From Nitrosospira multiformis ATCC 25196 (GTDB lineage: Bacteria > Pseudomonadota > Gammaproteobacteria > Burkholderiales > Nitrosomonadaceae): DNA of 32,000 nucleotides. The notes under the pieces are model-generated. The model was not told the DNA's origin. It was given only the letters and a program-made list of their open reading frames with translations, and made no database searches. The DNA is taken from assembly GCF_000196355.1 (NCBI RefSeq), contig NC_007614.1:1020001-1052000 (forward strand), in the 5' to 3' direction. A program made the position numbers and the translations under genes. Below are positions 1 to 9,835 of the stretch, in pieces (the stretch's first letter is position 1; the number at the start of each line of letters is the position of its first letter).

Positions 1-690
1 TCCATCAACAGCGAGCGCCCTAAGCTTTTTCTGATTTTCGTTGTAGTAAGCAAAGCCAAAATACCCGAGTGCGTTTTTATCGCTTGCTACCCCCTGTACC
101 AGCACGTTGTCGTCTTCGGAAGCGGTGAAATCCCCCCGACTCGACTTGGCCTTTCCAACAATGGCTTCCGTAAAGTAATCAAAGGTGCCGGAATCTGCTC
201 CCGGGCCGTAAAGTTTTATCGGTTCATCCGGCCATGCCGGGTTTATCTGCTTCCAACTGGTTATTTTCCCTTGGGCGTCGGGTTCCCAAATCTTCTTCAA
301 ATCTGCAACGGTAATGACTTTAACCCAATCATTTCTAGGGTTTGCCACGACCGTCAATGCATCGTACGCTACTGGCATTTCAACGTATTGCACCCCGGCA
401 GCTTTACATGCGTCCATTTCTTTTTTCAGGATAGGACGCGAAGCATTAGCGATGTCTATCTCACCGCGGCAAAATTTCTTGAAGCCTCCTCCCGTGCCTG
501 AAATACCAACTGTGACTTTAGCGGCACCCTTCTTGGCTATTTGAAAATCTTCAGCCACCGCTTCGGTAATGGGGAAAACAGTGCTGGAACCGTCAATTTT
601 TATAACCGGCTCAGCATACACAGGACTGACAGCACCAAGCAGTGCGCCCAATACCACTACTACTATCTCAATACGCAGCAATTTCAGCAT
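1..690 (-). CDS. pstS: PstS-like phosphate ABC transporter substrate-binding protein (3' part cut by window edge)
   Basis: My reverse-strand translation from ATG at 690 gives [49 protein letters not shown]...[23 protein letters not shown]..., with a signal peptide and the PstS/SphX-type DGSSTVFPI and GTGGGF..FC.GE.DI..ASRPI motifs. Confidence 0.9.
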   Translation of the reverse strand, partial: MLKLLRIEIVVVVLGALLGAVSPVYAEPVIKIDGSSTVFPITEAVAEDFQIAKKGAAKVTVGISGTGGGFKKFCRGEIDIANASRPILKKEMDACKAAGVQYVEMPVAYDALTVVANPRNDWVKVITVADLKKIWEPDAQGKITSWKQINPAWPDEPIKLYGPGADSGTFDYFTEAIVGKAKSSRGDFTASEDDNVLVQGVASDKNALGYFGFAYYNENQKKLRALAVDG

Positions 691-876
691 CTTGTTCTCC
701 TAAAGAGGTTTTATTATTTCCTTTTGCAGGCTTGTTATGACATGAATGGCTCGATCAAAACGGGAGGCGGAGCAAGCTTAAGAAGCTCCAAGCTTTCCTG
801 AGTTCATTTGGCCATTCTTTGCATTCTTTGTTAAGCCGCTGTCTGTATTTCACCCACTTCCTCAAGCGAACCGGAA

Positions 877-2376
877 TCAGAAGGCTATTTGACTGCGGAA
901 CATGAAAGTATTCAGGTCATCCGGCTTGCCCCCGCTTGCGGTCACGAGCGGTGAATCCTTGATTTCCAATATCCTGTCGTAATTAAACATGAAGCGAAGA
1001 TTGCTGTTCACGTACCAGTTCAGGGCAGCAGTAAAGTTTTTCATCTCGCCTGCCCTGAAAGCGCCGTCGTTCAGATCTACCCCGGCGATACGTGCTGCCA
1101 GTTCCCATGCGCCCCATCCACCCTTGGAAAAGCTGAAGTTCCGGGTTGGTTCCACTCTGTGAAACTTTCCTTCTTTGTACTGGCGCGATTCTCCCGTAAG
1201 CGTCCACGCAGCTTCTCCGTACCATCCATGGAAGCTCAGTGAATCCAGGCCGTTTCTACGACCAATCCAGCTATGGGTATACTCACCTCCCGCGCTCAAC
1301 GGTCCATAGACGCCGCTGGCCTCCAGCCCCAGCATCTTGACGTCCTCGACATTTCCCAAGGCACCCGAATCAATCGGAAAGAGGTTGGTTATATGGGAGG
1401 TTTCGTGCCTGAATCTCACGCCATTTGAGGGGCCAAATAGCTGGCCGCTGCCACTCGGTCTGCGATAATTTCCTGCCACACCCAAATGGACAATCCTTGT
1501 CTTTTCGTCAAGGGGTGCAAAAGTGATGCGCGAATTGGTTCCCCAACTTTCATCCAGACTGTCGTTATTAGCGTCGATTGACTCCCCAAAAAGACCGACC
1601 TGTCCGGTCCAGTTCTTACCTCTACTTGACAGGTTTACACCGATAGCGCGGTCTACGAGGGGTGCATTGAGCACATTCATTAACGATCTTTCCATAAACA
1701 TGAGATCGTTGGAGCTTTCCTGCAGCTCGCGGCTGAAAGCCTGTTTCTGATGGCCGACGTTGATCTTTGCGAAATCCAGCCCTCTATATGAGATAAACAT
1801 GTCCTTGACGCCGACTTGGTTATCAGCGAAGTCGACCTGACTCTTGAAATCCCAATCTTTAAAGAAAGTGCCTGCAAACTCCAGTCGCCCCCGGCGCAGC
1901 TCTGCGCCATCATTGGCTTGAACCGGAACCCCGCCTCTAAAAAAATGATCATTACTACTGTGCGTGTAATCCGTATGAATCCGGCCACCGATCTTGAACT
2001 TGAAGTTCTTGTCTGCTGTTTCAAATTGCAAGCCGTTTTTATCCAGCTTCAGTTGCTTTTCGCTTTCCTTGAAACGTTCCTCAAGGGACTCAACCTTGCC
2101 AACGAGCTGCGCACGTTCCGCTTTTTCTTTTATTCTCGCATTTCTGTCGCCGGACGCTGGCTGACCAGCTCTCTCTACCTCCGGTGCAGGCAATGCGTTT
2201 GTTGATGGAGTACCTTGGACTCTTTCATAGGTACCCAGGGGTTCTCGGTCAGGTCCAGGCTCTGCAAATATATGCTTGGTTTTGGTATCAACATAAAGAT
2301 CAATCGCAAAAGCCCCGGATGATGTGCCTGCTCCCATGACAGCGACCGCTGCCAACATAAGTTTCAAATATTTCAA
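877..2376 (-). CDS. Phosphate-selective porin O/P family outer membrane protein
   Basis: 499 aa with signal peptide, a short coiled-coil-like segment, then FKIGGRIHTDYT..., GAELRRGRLEFAGTFFKDWDFKSQVDFADN, a MERSLMNVL motif and a C-terminal aromatic residue (FRSQIAF), typical of OprO/OprP-like porins. Confidence 0.88.
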   Translation of the reverse strand: MKYLKLMLAAVAVMGAGTSSGAFAIDLYVDTKTKHIFAEPGPDREPLGTYERVQGTPSTNALPAPEVERAGQPASGDRNARIKEKAERAQLVGKVESLEERFKESEKQLKLDKNGLQFETADKNFKFKIGGRIHTDYTHSSNDHFFRGGVPVQANDGAELRRGRLEFAGTFFKDWDFKSQVDFADNQVGVKDMFISYRGLDFAKINVGHQKQAFSRELQESSNDLMFMERSLMNVLNAPLVDRAIGVNLSSRGKNWTGQVGLFGESIDANNDSLDESWGTNSRITFAPLDEKTRIVHLGVAGNYRRPSGSGQLFGPSNGVRFRHETSHITNLFPIDSGALGNVEDVKMLGLEASGVYGPLSAGGEYTHSWIGRRNGLDSLSFHGWYGEAAWTLTGESRQYKEGKFHRVEPTRNFSFSKGGWGAWELAARIAGVDLNDGAFRAGEMKNFTAALNWYVNSNLRFMFNYDRILEIKDSPLVTASGGKPDDLNTFMFRSQIAF

Positions 2377-2468
2377 AGCTGTGCTCCCAGTTTTAGTCCT
2401 TATTGCTCATGTTTACGAAAAACCGGGGCAAGAATACGAGAGAGAAATGACTGACTTATTACCCTTTT

Positions 2469-2486
2469 GTAACTGTTTTATGACAA
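2469..2486 (-). promoter_or_regulatory. Candidate Pho box upstream of the porin gene
   Basis: The minus strand reads TTGTCATAAAACAGTTAC, 15/18 against CTGTCATAWAWCTGTMAY, about 90 nt upstream of the porin start codon. Confidence 0.55.
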
Positions 2487-3042
2487 AAGGTAGGGTTGAG
2501 CCATGATGACCGGTGGGAATGCCTGAATGTTTTCACCATGATCGTGACGTAGGACGAGCGGCAGACTGGCTTTTACTTTTGCTGCGCGGGCAGGGCTACT
2601 TATACTTAGGAGTTTCAAGAAAAAACCTGAGGAGCTTACTTCAGGGCCCTCCACCTTACTGGAGGCAGTCCGCTCCTTCTCAAAGCGAGAATGAGGGTTA
2701 ATGGGTGCTATGCCTAGGGTAGGCCTTATACTGTTTTTCCAGAGCACTACGGTTCAGGGAAACCGACAAATTCTTCTTCGTGCACGTAGGGGATAAAGAG
2801 CCTTTTTTCGCGGATCGTAAGGCAAGTTCGAAATGATGCTATTCATGCGCTCGATATAGCCCTCTTTGACCCTGATATACACTGCGTATTCACACATGGT
2901 TCACTCCATACTGATGAGATTCGGGTCGCACACCATTCTGCCGGCCTGTTACAGCATTTTTAGGGGCTCCGACAAAAAACTCGTGGAAAATTAGATGTAC
3001 ACGCTGGCGCCCGGATATAACAAAACCGGCATCACCTTGTAG

Positions 3043-4311
3043 ATGGATCGCAGATGGAGGAACAAGTCAGTGAAAGCGGGCCCGGGGCGCAGGATACTTG
3101 CCCGTTTACTTATCCCTGCGGAGGCAGCTGAAACCGCTTTCCCGTTACTGGCAGCCCGCGCATTGCGCGCTTTTGGCGATGGCTATGTTGCTGTGCTTTT
3201 GCCCGCTTATCTACTGGCGTTGGGATTTGACCAACTGGACGTAGGCTTTTTAACTACGGCAACGTTAGCCGGTTCAGCTTTGGCGATTCTTGGGATTGGT
3301 ATGGTTGGCTACAGATGGACAGTTCGTCGACTGCTGCTATCCGCCGCCTTGTTAATGGCAGTTACCGGCCTTGGCCTTGCGAGCATCTCGTCGTTTTGGC
3401 CACTGTTTGTTGTCGCATTCGTAGGAACGCTTAATCCTGGTTCGGGCGATGTAAGCATGTTTTTGCCACTGGAGCATGCCCACCTGGCACAAGCAGCTCG
3501 CGGCAATGCACGGACCGCGCTGTTCGCCCGTTATTCGCTTATTGGCTCCCTGAGCACTGCTATTGGGGCTTTAGCTGCTGCCATCCCCTCCTGGCTTGTG
3601 CCATGGTCCGGTCTTTCATTAATTGATTGCCTGCGCATAATGTTCTTGCTGTATGGCCTGCTCGGCGGGGTAGTCTGGCTGCTGTATCGAACTCTGCCGA
3701 CGGTCGAGGTCGAGGCGGCTCCACTACCGCAGCCGTTGGGCCCCTCACTCAGCATTGTGTTCAAGCTTGCCATGTTATTCAGCATTGACGCGTTTGCCGG
3801 GGGGCTGTTGGGGAATTCCCTGCTGACGCTCTGGCTCTTTGAGCGGTTTGGACTGTCGCTCGGACAGGCCGGAACATTCTTCTTCTGCGCCGGACTCTTA
3901 TCGGCCGGATCCCAGCTTGCTGCACCGGTCATCGCACGTAAGATCGGGCTGCTAAACACCATGGTCTTCACTCACATTCCTGCTAGCATGTGTCTCATTT
4001 TTGCTGCAATTGCCCCAGATCTCGAGGCCGCGCTCGCCCTGCTGTTTGTACGCAGCGCATTATCGCAGATGGATGTGCCGACACGTACTGCTTACGTAAT
4101 GGCTGTGGTCACCCCGGCAGAGCGCGTTGCCGCTGCAAGCTTCACTGCCGTGTCCCGCAGCCTTGCTTCGATCGCGAGTCCGACCTTGACCGGTGCCTTG
4201 CTGGCCAGCGGACTGCTGAGCGCGCCGCTGATTGCTTGTGGAGCTTTGAAGATGGTCTATGATTTGGCCTTGCTAATATCCTTCAGGCACCTGAATGTTC
4301 CGTTGGAGTGA
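3043..4311 (+). CDS. Major facilitator superfamily transporter
   Basis: 422 aa, strongly hydrophobic with about 12 predicted TM segments (ALRAFGDGYVAVLLPAYLLALGFDQLDVGFL...). Confidence 0.85.
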   Translation: MDRRWRNKSVKAGPGRRILARLLIPAEAAETAFPLLAARALRAFGDGYVAVLLPAYLLALGFDQLDVGFLTTATLAGSALAILGIGMVGYRWTVRRLLLSAALLMAVTGLGLASISSFWPLFVVAFVGTLNPGSGDVSMFLPLEHAHLAQAARGNARTALFARYSLIGSLSTAIGALAAAIPSWLVPWSGLSLIDCLRIMFLLYGLLGGVVWLLYRTLPTVEVEAAPLPQPLGPSLSIVFKLAMLFSIDAFAGGLLGNSLLTLWLFERFGLSLGQAGTFFFCAGLLSAGSQLAAPVIARKIGLLNTMVFTHIPASMCLIFAAIAPDLEAALALLFVRSALSQMDVPTRTAYVMAVVTPAERVAAASFTAVSRSLASIASPTLTGALLASGLLSAPLIACGALKMVYDLALLISFRHLNVPLE

Positions 4312-4352
4312 GAATTGAAATAAACGAAAAGTCTGCATTAATTCTTGAAAAT

Positions 4353-4475
4353 ATGAGATACAAACGCACCAACCTTCGATGGGTGGCAGCATTCGAAGCC
4401 GCCAAGGGTATATTGGTATTGACGGCGGCGAGCGCGGGGTTCGAATTTGCCCACATGATGGCCTCCCAGAGATAG
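4353..4475 (+). pseudogene. Short remnant resembling the N-terminus of a DUF2127-type membrane protein
   Basis: MRYKRTNLRWVAAFEAAKGILVLTAASAGFEFAHMMASQR*, 40 codons and then stop; the family resemblance (R.VA.FEA.KG.LVL) is by eye only. Confidence 0.35.
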
Positions 4476-4552
4476 AGATAGTCGATGGGCTTGTCAGCCA
4501 TTTTCATCTCAACCGCGTATTTTCCTGGAAACTGCCAGTACCGGGAGAAGGG

Positions 4553-5233
4553 TCAGGCAACTGCAAGGATGGCGATAACCTCTTCATCCGTTATCTGCGG
4601 AAAATCCATGTAAAACTGCGCTACAGCGTAGAAGTTGATGGGACTGGAAAGACATACTACGCGGTCAGCATTGTTGCGCACTTTTTCCACCGTATCGGGC
4701 GGTGCCACGGGTACCGCGCAGATCAATTCCTCCGGTTTCTTCGCCCGGAGTGCATGCAATGCGGCTATCATGGTTGAACCGGTAGCCAGCCCATCATCGA
4801 CTACGATCACTATCCGTCCGGCGGGATCGATGGACGGCCGTACCGGGGTATATTGAGCGCGGCGCTGCCGTATCGTTTCCAGTTGTGCGGAAACTTCGTC
4901 TTTGATGTAGTTCTCATCCGCGCCCACATCACGGGCGTGACTCGTAAGATAAACCCATCCGGTTTCGTCGACGGACCCAATCGCGAATTCGGGATTGCCT
5001 GGCGCCCGTACTTTACGCACCAGCACCACGTCCAGTTCACCTTCCAGTTCATCGGCAATAATTTTGGCCATGGGCACTGCGCCTCTGGGAATAGCCAGGA
5101 CCAGCGGATTTTTACCGCGATATTCTGAAAGCGCTTCCGCAAGCTTCCTGGCTGCTGCCGCGCGATTTTCAAAATACATGCTGCCCCCGATCACGTGTTT
5201 ATTTTCAGTATAGGTGAATTTTTTACCGGACAT
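4553..5233 (-). CDS. Phosphoribosyltransferase domain protein
   Basis: MSGKKFTYTENKHVIGGSMYFENRAAAARKLAEAL...LAIPRGAVPMAKIIADEL...VLVRKVRAPGNPEFAIGSV...GRIVIVVDDGLATGSTM; the PRPP-binding motif VVDDGLATGST is present. The longer ORF call (to 5620) uses spurious upstream sequence. Confidence 0.88.
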   Translation of the reverse strand: MSGKKFTYTENKHVIGGSMYFENRAAAARKLAEALSEYRGKNPLVLAIPRGAVPMAKIIADELEGELDVVLVRKVRAPGNPEFAIGSVDETGWVYLTSHARDVGADENYIKDEVSAQLETIRQRRAQYTPVRPSIDPAGRIVIVVDDGLATGSTMIAALHALRAKKPEELICAVPVAPPDTVEKVRNNADRVVCLSSPINFYAVAQFYMDFPQITDEEVIAILAVA

Positions 5234-7025
5234 TTTTACCTGACCGGATTTGAGGCTTGGTTTGCCGTTTGTACGGGCCGCAGGTGTTGGGGCGCTGCAT
5301 CGTGCGGGCAATGAGTATTCGTAATTCCTCGAGAGAGCGGGTGTTGAGCACATCCTGTTTTTCCAGCCAGCCCCGCCTTGCCTGACCGATACCAAAGCGC
5401 AGGTTCGCGAAATCAAAAGTGCTGTGGGCGTCGGAATTGATGCTGACCAGCACCCCTTCCTCCTTGGCCATCTGGCAGTAGATATCGAACAAATCCAGCC
5501 GCTCGGGCTGGGCATTGAGTTCGAGGAAGCATCCGCGGCGTCCTGCTTCACGGATAATGCGGGGCATATCGATATCATAAGGCGGGCGCTGCGGGATGAG
5601 GCGACCGTTGGGATGCGCAAGAACGGTGAAATGGGGATGTTCCATTGCGCGCAGTATCCGCTCGGTCTGCCTCGCCCGCGGAAGCTCGAACTTGCTGTGG
5701 ACTGCCCCTACGACCAGATCGAGTTGCGCCAGAACGTGATCCGGCAGATCCAGGGTGCCATCCTCCAGAATGTCCACCTCGATTCCCTTGAGCAGGGTAA
5801 TTCCTTCCAGTTCTTCATTCAGCGCGTCGATCTCATCGCACTGGCGCTTCAGCCGGAGAGGATCGAGGCCGCGGGTGACTCTCAGTCCGCGTGAATGATC
5901 CGTGACGGCAATGTATTCCAGGCCATGCGATTTGCCGGCCAGTGCCATTTCGCGCAAGGTGTTATGACCGTCCGTAGCTTTTGTGTGAGTATGCAGATCC
6001 CCCCGCAAGTCGCACAGCTCGACTAGGCGTGGCAATTTCCGGGTTCGTGCCACGTCTATTTCACCCCTGTTCTCGCGCAACTCGGGTGGAATAAAGGATA
6101 GTCCGGCGGCACGATAGACCGATTCCTCGGTCTCGCCCGCGATGCGGTTTTTACCCCGGAACACGCCGTATTCGTTGACTTTCAACCCTTTTTTCTGGGC
6201 GATATACCGTACCGCAACATTATGGGCTTTTGATCCGGTAAAATAGTGCAGGGCAGCGCCGTAGCTTTCGTCCGCAACCACGCGCAGGTCCACCTGCAAG
6301 CCGCATTTCAGGACCACGCTGGCGCGAGTGCTTCCGGCAGCAAGTATTTCTGCAACCTCCTCGTACCCGGTGAAGCGCTCCATGACAGGACTGCCCGATG
6401 CGGCTGTGACAACGATATCGAGATCCCCAACCGTTTCGCGCATGCGCCGGTAGCTGCCGGCGACGATTGCTTCCTTGACTCCGGGAACGTCTGCCAGAAA
6501 CGCGCGCAGCGGCTCGGCGTATTGCGCCGCCACCGCCAGCTTGAAACGCCCTTTCTGATCGGTATGCGCCTCGATCGCCTGGAGGATGTTGAGCTCGGTT
6601 TTCTCGCCAAAACCAGATAGTGCACGAATGCGTCCCTCACGCGCCGCGCCGTAGAGCTGCTCGACAGTCTGGACATCCAGGTCGTGATAAAGATGCCGGA
6701 CCCGCTTCGGCCCGAGGCCGGGCACTTTCAGAAGCTCTGTAACCGCGGGGGGAAGCTCGGTTTGCAGCCGATCCAGCAAGGCGCAATGGCCGGTGGCAAT
6801 AATTTCTTCGATCTTGCCTGCAAGATCGCGCCCTATGCCGGGAAGCTCCGTCAGGTCTTCCTTGTTTTCGAGCAGCACGTACGCTTCGGTGGAAAGGGCG
6901 CCTATTGCCTGGACTGCGTTACGGTAGGCGCGTATCCGAAAAGGGTTTGCGCCTTCGATCTCGAGCAGATTGGCAATCTCTTCGAAGACAGCGGCGATAT
7001 CGGCATTATGGCTGGGCATGCGCAT
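5223..7025 (-). CDS. polX: DNA polymerase/3'-5' exonuclease PolX with C-terminal PHP domain
   Basis: 600 aa. HhH motifs (ELPGIGRDLAGKI, VPGLGPKR), nucleotidyltransferase motif GSYRRMRETVGDLDIVV, and PHP motif GDLHTHTKATDGHNT...HSRGLRVTRGL...LAHPNGR...SINSDAHS. Confidence 0.95.
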   Translation of the reverse strand: MRMPSHNADIAAVFEEIANLLEIEGANPFRIRAYRNAVQAIGALSTEAYVLLENKEDLTELPGIGRDLAGKIEEIIATGHCALLDRLQTELPPAVTELLKVPGLGPKRVRHLYHDLDVQTVEQLYGAAREGRIRALSGFGEKTELNILQAIEAHTDQKGRFKLAVAAQYAEPLRAFLADVPGVKEAIVAGSYRRMRETVGDLDIVVTAASGSPVMERFTGYEEVAEILAAGSTRASVVLKCGLQVDLRVVADESYGAALHYFTGSKAHNVAVRYIAQKKGLKVNEYGVFRGKNRIAGETEESVYRAAGLSFIPPELRENRGEIDVARTRKLPRLVELCDLRGDLHTHTKATDGHNTLREMALAGKSHGLEYIAVTDHSRGLRVTRGLDPLRLKRQCDEIDALNEELEGITLLKGIEVDILEDGTLDLPDHVLAQLDLVVGAVHSKFELPRARQTERILRAMEHPHFTVLAHPNGRLIPQRPPYDIDMPRIIREAGRRGCFLELNAQPERLDLFDIYCQMAKEEGVLVSINSDAHSTFDFANLRFGIGQARRGWLEKQDVLNTRSLEELRILIARTMQRPNTCGPYKRQTKPQIRSGKNVR

Positions 7026-7346
7026 TCCCGTTTGCTTCCGTCCACAAGCACTTTGCTGATTTTGCGGGGAAAGTTGCTGGTCGAGGATTCACAAGGTCAG
7101 TTTAGTATATTCATGGAGACATGCAGGCTCGGCGGGCAGCAAGGATTCAGGCGCATCCGGTTACCCTTGACACGGCAAGGCGGTTCTCCTATAGCTTGTA
7201 GTGTGCACTCCGGTTTTAGCGCCGTTTTAAGGCGATAAAAAGCAAGCGGGAGAGCGCAGACAGGAGGGCCAATGGAAAAGCAAAGGGGAAATTCTGGAGA
7301 GGCCGCCCGGGTTAGACTGAGTGATGGATCAAAGGATAATGTGTGC

Positions 7347-7763
7347 ATGCCAAGCCAGACTTCATCCTACTTCGAGCATGATGCGGACATCGGCATCATC
7401 GGACGTGGCGATACGCTGGAGCAGGCATTCGAGACAGCCGCTCAAGCAGTGTTCGGCATAGTCACGCCCCTGGATAAGGTGCAGCCGCAGACTTCGGTCA
7501 AGATAGAGTTCGAAGAATCAGATCACGAACTGGCGCTGGTGACATGGTTGAATCTGTTGCTGGGAAAGGCGCGTGAACTCGGCATGGTTTTCAGCCGCTT
7601 CCATGTGCAGCGCCGGGAAAACGTGTGGTCCACCGAAGCTCTCGGTGAAAAATGGCGCGAAGTAATGGAGCGTGGAGTAGAAGTCAAAGGTGCGACGCTG
7701 ACCATGCTTTCTGTCAAACAAACCGGAGCAATGTGGGAAGTGCGGTGCATAGTGGATGTGTGA
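7347..7763 (+). CDS. Archease family protein
   Basis: MPSQTSSYFEHDADIGIIGRGDTLEQAFETAAQAVFGIVT...LLVTWLNLLL-type region and VKGATLTMLSVKQTGAMWEVRCIVDV C-terminus. It sits directly upstream of rtcB. The start is placed at an internal ATG of the 7272 ORF. Confidence 0.85.
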   Translation: MPSQTSSYFEHDADIGIIGRGDTLEQAFETAAQAVFGIVTPLDKVQPQTSVKIEFEESDHELALVTWLNLLLGKARELGMVFSRFHVQRRENVWSTEALGEKWREVMERGVEVKGATLTMLSVKQTGAMWEVRCIVDV

Positions 7764-7802
7764 GATCATATAAATTGAACGATAGGAACGGCAGGAGGTG
7801 AC

Positions 7803-9230
7803 ATGAATCTGGAGCGCCTACGTCAACTGCAACCCTGCCTGTGGACATTGCCGCGCGCACCGGGCGAAGAACGCGCGCAGGTCCTCCTGTATGGCAGCGC
7901 GCCCTTGCTCGTCAGCATGGACGACAAGGTACTCGAGCAGATCGCCAACGTTGCTTCCCTGCCGGGGCTGGTTGGAGCGGCAATGACCATGCCGGATGCG
8001 CATTGGGGATATGGTTTTCCCATAGGGGGTGTTGCTGCTTTCGATGCTGAGCAGGGGGGGGTGATTTCCGCAGGCGGGGTCGGCTTCGATATTTCGTGCG
8101 GCATACGCTGTCTGCGCAGCAATCTGAATCTGGAGGATGCGGTAGAGCATTTTCCCCAGCTCGGAAAAGCCTTGTTCCGCGCTATCCCTGCTGGAGTGGG
8201 CGAGGAGGGCGAGATCAAGCTGAACCCGGAGCAGCTCGACCAGGTGATGCACGGCGGTGCACACTGGGCGGTACAGCAAGGCTACGGCACTCCAGCAGAT
8301 CTGGATTATGTTGAAGAACAGGGGCGGGTAGCAGGAGCGATCCCGGAAAACGTATCCGAACTTGCCAAAAAGCGCCAGCGCGGCGAGATGGGCACGCTCG
8401 GCTCAGGCAATCATTACCTGGAAGTACAGGTGGTGGACCGCATCTTCGATCCTGGCGTCGCGCTGGCGCTTGGCCTGCATGAAGGACAAATCCTGATTTC
8501 GATACATTGCGGTTCGCGTGGGCTGGGGCACCAGATCGGTACCGATTATCTGGTGCTATTGGCAAAAGCAGCCAGCCGCTCGGGCATTCATTTACCCGAT
8601 CGTGAACTCGCTTGCGCGCCTGTCAAATCCCCCGAAGGCCAGCAATATATCGGCGCGATGAATGCTGCGATCAATTGCGCGCTTGCCAACCGGCAAATCC
8701 TGACGCATCTTACGCGCTCCGTATTTACGGAAATTTATCCCCAGGCCGAGCTTGAAACCTTGTTTGATGTTTCGCACAATACCTGCAAGGCCGAAACCCA
8801 TCAGATCGACGGTGAATCGAGGTTGCTGTATGTGCACCGCAAGGGCGCTACACGCGCATTCGGCCCGGGCCACCCCATGCTGCCGGAACGCTACCGCCAG
8901 GTAGGACAACCCGTCGTTATCGGTGGAAGCATGGGAACAGGCTCCTACATTCTCGTTGGTGACAGCGAAAATCCCGCCTTCGCTTCTTCAAGCCACGGTG
9001 CAGGCCGGGCCATGAGCCGGCACCAGGCACTCGCGCGATGGAAAGGACGTGCGCTGGTGGACGAGTTGGCGCAACAAGGTATTCTGATCCATACCCGCTC
9101 CATGCGAGGTGTGGCGGAAGAAGCCCCGGGCGCCTATAAGGATGTCGATCTGGTGGCGGAGGCCACGGAAGAAGCCGGGCTCGCCCGGCGCGTCGCGTTT
9201 CTCCGACCCAAAGTCTGCGTTAAGGGTTAA
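7803..9230 (+). CDS. rtcB: RtcB family RNA-splicing ligase
   Basis: 475 aa with MPDAHWGYGFPIGGVAAF, GVGFDISCGIRC, LGSGNHYLEVQ, SIHCGSRGLGHQIG, SHNTCKAE, HRKGATRAFGPG, GSMGTGSYILVG. Confidence 0.95.
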   Translation: MNLERLRQLQPCLWTLPRAPGEERAQVLLYGSAPLLVSMDDKVLEQIANVASLPGLVGAAMTMPDAHWGYGFPIGGVAAFDAEQGGVISAGGVGFDISCGIRCLRSNLNLEDAVEHFPQLGKALFRAIPAGVGEEGEIKLNPEQLDQVMHGGAHWAVQQGYGTPADLDYVEEQGRVAGAIPENVSELAKKRQRGEMGTLGSGNHYLEVQVVDRIFDPGVALALGLHEGQILISIHCGSRGLGHQIGTDYLVLLAKAASRSGIHLPDRELACAPVKSPEGQQYIGAMNAAINCALANRQILTHLTRSVFTEIYPQAELETLFDVSHNTCKAETHQIDGESRLLYVHRKGATRAFGPGHPMLPERYRQVGQPVVIGGSMGTGSYILVGDSENPAFASSSHGAGRAMSRHQALARWKGRALVDELAQQGILIHTRSMRGVAEEAPGAYKDVDLVAEATEEAGLARRVAFLRPKVCVKG

Positions 9231-9246
9231 GGGTTGAGGATTAAGG
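9219..9246 (+). repeat. Four 7-bp near-identical tandem units over the rtcB stop codon
   Basis: GTTAAGG GTTAAGG GTTGAGG ATTAAGG read directly; the stop TAA at 9228-9230 lies inside the second unit. Confidence 0.7.
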
Positions 9247-9329
9247 AAGGGTGAACAAATTCCTGCCAGACGCGATGGACTTGACCGGGGATTCCTCGGC
9301 AATATAAAAACTTTTTTCAAGGGAGTGAC

Positions 9330-9803
9330 ATGTATCAACGTATCCTGGTTCCAATAGACGGCAGCGCGACCTCCACTCTTGCACTCCAGGAAGTCTCGAA
9401 ACTTGCAAAGCAGCACAGCAGCCAGGTGGAACTGGTATATGTCATGGCTGATATTCATTTGATGGATGCCAACAGCTACATCAATTACGATGAAATGAAG
9501 GAATCCCTGGAGAGAACCGCCAGGAAGATATTGGCGGAGGCGCAAACATTGATGCAACAGGCAGGGGTTGCAGTCGAAGTGAAATTACTGGAAGCGGGTG
9601 GCGAGCGCATTGCCGGCGTAATACTCGAAGAAGCAAGGCGCTGGTCGGCCGAGTTGATCGTAATTGGCACACATGGGCGTTCCGGTTTCAGTCGCGTCCT
9701 GTTCGGGAGCGTCGCGGAAGGGATGGTGCGCATGGCACATATTCCCGTGCTGCTCATCCGCGGCGACAAAAGCCAGTTGCGTGAAAAGGAGCGCGCGACA
9801 TAG
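9330..9803 (+). CDS. Universal stress protein (UspA family)
   Basis: 157 aa: MYQRILVPIDGSATSTLAL...LIVIGTHGRSGFSRVLFGSVAEGMVRMAHIPVLLIR, including the ATP-binding GTHGRSG...GSVAE..... P(V)LL. Confidence 0.95.
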   Translation: MYQRILVPIDGSATSTLALQEVSKLAKQHSSQVELVYVMADIHLMDANSYINYDEMKESLERTARKILAEAQTLMQQAGVAVEVKLLEAGGERIAGVILEEARRWSAELIVIGTHGRSGFSRVLFGSVAEGMVRMAHIPVLLIRGDKSQLREKERAT

Positions 9804-9835
9804 TCCTGGCAGTTCTGGCGGAGGCTCCGGTCTTT

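Noticed and set aside
2478-2747. Minus-strand 89-aa ORF and overlapping 62-aa plus ORF between the porin and MFS genes
   Set aside because: No signal, motif or clear ribosome site; the ORF also overlaps the candidate Pho box. Most likely non-coding.
4553-5620. ORF track gives the phosphoribosyltransferase a 355-aa length starting at 5620
   Set aside because: The N-terminal ~130 aa (RIPTVASSRSARLMISIC...) have no protein-like pattern and overlap the well-supported PolX PHP domain on the same strand in another frame. The gene most likely starts at 5233 or 5179.
8988-9557. 189-aa minus-strand ORF opposite rtcB and usp
   Set aside because: It overlaps two strongly supported genes on the other strand, and its sequence is low-complexity shadow coding with no family motif.
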